Shown piece after piece: positions 60,849 to 64,000 of a stretch of DNA of 64,000 nucleotides. The notes under the pieces are model-generated. The model saw only the letters and a list, made by a program, of their open reading frames with translations. It was not told where the DNA came from and made no database searches. Position numbers and translations under genes: made by a program. The stretch's first letter is position 1. Each line of letters starts with the position of its first letter. This DNA comes from Scyliorhinus canicula (lineage: Eukaryota), in the NCBI RefSeq assembly GCF_902713615.1, contig NC_052158.1, forward strand, positions 36,757,729-36,821,728, written 5' to 3'.

Positions 60849-63200
60849 TTTCTGCAACTTCCCTACCGCCTTTCCCATGGACACCAGCCAAAACTCCCTC
60901 TCCTTCAACATTCCTGCCTACATGGCCTCTGAATACCTCCTGTTCACCCTCACAATCTCTTCCACCAATCTTGCCATCTTGTCCCGTTCCACCTTTCCCC
61001 TGTGTCCCGGAATCAAAATAACCACCCCCCAACCACCGCCTCGAGTGCCTCCCACAGCGTGGCGCCTGTGACATCCCCCGTATCATTAAGTTCCACATAG
61101 CTCCGGATGGCCCACTTGCACACCAGATCTGGAATCTTCCCCAGTAACCACCTCATGAACTCCACACTATCCCAGTTTGGGGCATAAACATTTCCCAAAA
61201 TGCTGGCATACCCTCCAGTTTCACACTGACCATCATGAACCTTCCCCCCTGAATCTGCCGCAATGTTCCCCACATCGAATGCCACCTGCTCATTCACCAG
61301 CACCGCCATGCCCGTCGTATTCGTGTCCAGACCCGAACGAAACACCTGCCCTACCCATCCTTTCCTCAGACTTGTTTGATCCCCGATCTTTAAATACACG
61401 TCTTGTAAAAAAGCCAGGTCCATCTTTTCATTCATAGAATTTATAGAATTTACAGTGCAGAAGGAGGCCATTCGGCCCATCGAGTCTGCACCGGCTCTTG
61501 GAAAGAGCACCCTACCCAAGGTCCACACCTCCACCCTATCCCCAAAACCCAGTAACCCCACCCAAAACTAAGGGCAATTTTGGACACTAAGGGCAATTTA
61601 GCATGGCCAATCCACCTAACCTGCACATCTTTGGACTGTGGGAGGAAACCGGAGCACCCGGAGGAAACCCACAGACACTGTCTGTCCAGACTCCACACAG
61701 ACAGTAACCCAAGCCGGGAATCAAACCTGGGACGCTGGAGCTGTGAAGCAAATGTGCTAGCCACAATGCTACCGTGCTGCCCCACAATGCTACCGTGCTG
61801 CCCCTATCAGAGTCCTCAGGTACGCGAACACACGTGATCGTTTGACATGCCCATTAGCCCCCTCACAATGTGACCAGCCTGGTTGGGGGGCTCCCCGCCC
61901 CCTCTCCTGCTGATCAATCATTTCCTTTTTGGGCACGCCCCAACCCCATCACATGGCCCTCCAGGCCCATCCTTGGATGTTCACCGTCATAGCTCCCTTT
62001 TGAACCACGACAACTCCTTTGACAGCACCCCCTTTCCACCCAACAAACCAACAGCCTCTCCCTGACACCAACCACCTGACCAACCCCCACTGCGTTCCCT
62101 TTAACTCACCTGCCCAGCTAGCATGGCAGCCCGGGCCTAAGGCCTCCAAACTACCATCAGCCCCAAATTCCCCTTCCTTCCCTCCCCCATCCCCACTCCC
62201 TCCATAAACAAAGAAACAGAAAAAAAGTGCACACACCTTTGATGCTCCCCAAGCACCCTGCCACCAATTCCGACAACACATTTCGAAGGGGAAAATGAGA
62301 AAAATTTCTCCATCAACGACCAAGGGGAAACCCCTCCAAAGTTCAATGTCCGCCTCCTCCTGCCAGTCCATTGTCTCTCAAAAACTCCATAGCCTCCAAA
62401 ATAGCATTCCCAATTCTGGAATGCCACCCAGAGGTGGATCGGGCATAGCACTACAAACTTCACCACCTTCTTGAAGAGGGCAACCTTGTTCCGGTTAAAC
62501 CCAGCCCATCTCTTTGCCAGTTTTGTGCCCAGGTCCTGATCCCACAGTTCCCTTCCAGGTGCATGTCCCAGGTGCACGTCCTTGTCTGTCTTGCCCACTG
62601 CAGAATTTACTCCTTGTCCAAGTAGTGGTGCAGCTGCACCACCATCGCCCTCAGTGGCTCGTGCCTGTGGCCTCCTCATAGCATCCTGTGCCCTTGGGCG
62701 ACATCCAGGGACCGGCTCACGGCCCCTTCTCCCCATCAGCTTTTCCAACATCTTCGGGCACATACTTGACAGCCTCTACTTCATCAATGCCTTCGAGCGT
62801 TGGCACGATCCGCAAGTTGTGTCTTCTGGAGTGCTTCTCCAGATTCTGCAGTTTCTCCTTCAGCCTCTTTTGGGTCTGCAGAATCACTCCCATCAGCCAC
62901 CAATGAGGCCAATGTGCTCCCCACCATCTCCTCCACCTTCTGGATTACCTGGCCCTGGGACTCCAGCCTCTGTTCCACATGCCAATACCCACTTTAAGAG
63001 ACTCTACCACCTTGGCTGGGTCTTCCTGGGCTTCTTTTCAGCTGGCTGGTTTAATTTAACAAAACCACCAACTGCTCCACTGATCACTGGGTGGGCAGGA
63101 CAGGCCTTTTACTGTCTGACATCTTGACCGGTGGCGCAGAAAGATTCTGCTCCACCAGGTCCCTTAATCTCGACCCACTCCTGCACCATGGATCCATCCA
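60849..63200 (-). mobile_element. 5' half of a degenerate L1 (ORF1 + EN; contains a SINE at 61433-61801)
   Basis: ORF1 remnants (LAKRWAGFNR...VKFVVLCP), EN (FLQDVYL...KGWVGQVF, NVYAPNWD), ending at MGKAVGKLQK. Confidence 0.85.
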
Positions 63201-63289
63201 CCAGCCACACCAGAGGAGTCACTATTTCACCTGGCACGCCTACACTTTTTCCATCCAAACGTCCACCCTATGAAGGGGAAAAGGACCAA

Positions 63290-64000
63290 AAGCAGTTCCT
63301 CATCTCCTATCTACCCTCATAACTGAATGTTCTCATCCCTGGAACAATTCTTGTAAACCCCTCCTGCACTTATTACAATCCGGTCACATCCTTCCTATAG
63401 TGTGGCACCTAGAACTGTACGCAATATTCCACCTGAGGCCTAACTGGTTCTTGTGTAAGCTGCGTATAGCCTCCTTGCTCTTGAACTCTATGCCACTATT
63501 AATAAAGCCAGAATACTATCTGCTCGATTAACTGCTCTCCCACCTGTCCTGCCACCTTCACTGATCTATGCACAAATACACCCAGGTCCTTCTGCTCCTG
63601 CACCCTTGTAAGAATTTTACTGTTTTTCTCGATTATTTCTCCCTGTTCTTCCTACGAAAATGCATCGCCTTACACTTCTCCCCATTGAGCTTCATCTGCC
63701 ATCTAACTGCACACTCCACCAACTGCTGAAGTTCTCCACTGTCCTCTTCACAGTTATAATTCCAAATTTTGTGTCATCCACAAACTTGAAAATTGTCTAC
63801 ATCATGAATATATAATCAGGAAAAGCAAGGTTTGCAAACCACAACCCCGAGGAACACCACTGCAAATCCTCCAGCACAAAAAATAGCCATTGGCCATAAT
63901 TTTCTGCTTTTCATTATTCAGCCAATTTTGTACCAATGTTGCAACTGTCCCTTTTACACCATGAGCTACAATTTTTCTCGCAAGTCTGTTGTGTGGCACT
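63290..64000 (-). mobile_element. degenerate CR1 RT fragment
   Basis: Minus-strand peptides RLARKIVAHGVKG...VQNWL...SGVPRG and a CR1-like downstream region. Confidence 0.8.

Overview
Eukaryotic, repeat-dense DNA, most likely a cartilaginous fish (shark). This is inferred from HE1/V-SINE-type SINEs, CR1, fish-type L1, Rex1/Babar, L2 and Penelope-like remnants, and a shark-style MHC class I Ig domain. Most ORFs in the supplied track are spurious or are broken retroelement fragments. Three layers are visible. (1) 1-30 kb is the decaying edge of a tandem tRNA-Asn(GTT)/tRNA-His(GTG) array on the minus strand. Two homogeneous ~2.1-kb units are followed by older, longer units with pseudogenised tRNAs that have been invaded by retroelements. 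(2) 42-54 kb holds two different, nearly full-length CR1 LINEs. Each has an uninterrupted EN-RT ORF2, a frameshifted zinc-finger/esterase ORF1 and tandemly repeated 5' ends. (3) 47.8-58.0 kb (minus) holds the 3' half of an MHC class I-like gene: an alpha3 exon in the ORF track plus two short cytoplasmic-tail exons found by splice-site reading. I found no transmembrane exon, and alpha1/alpha2 would lie beyond the window. Smaller highlights are a TSD-flanked 54-bp perfect hairpin with half of a Penelope-type hammerhead core, a hairpin motif shared by both CR1 5' UTRs, and an in-place inversion that splits an L1. Repeat boundaries were read by eye and are approximate unless TSDs are quoted.
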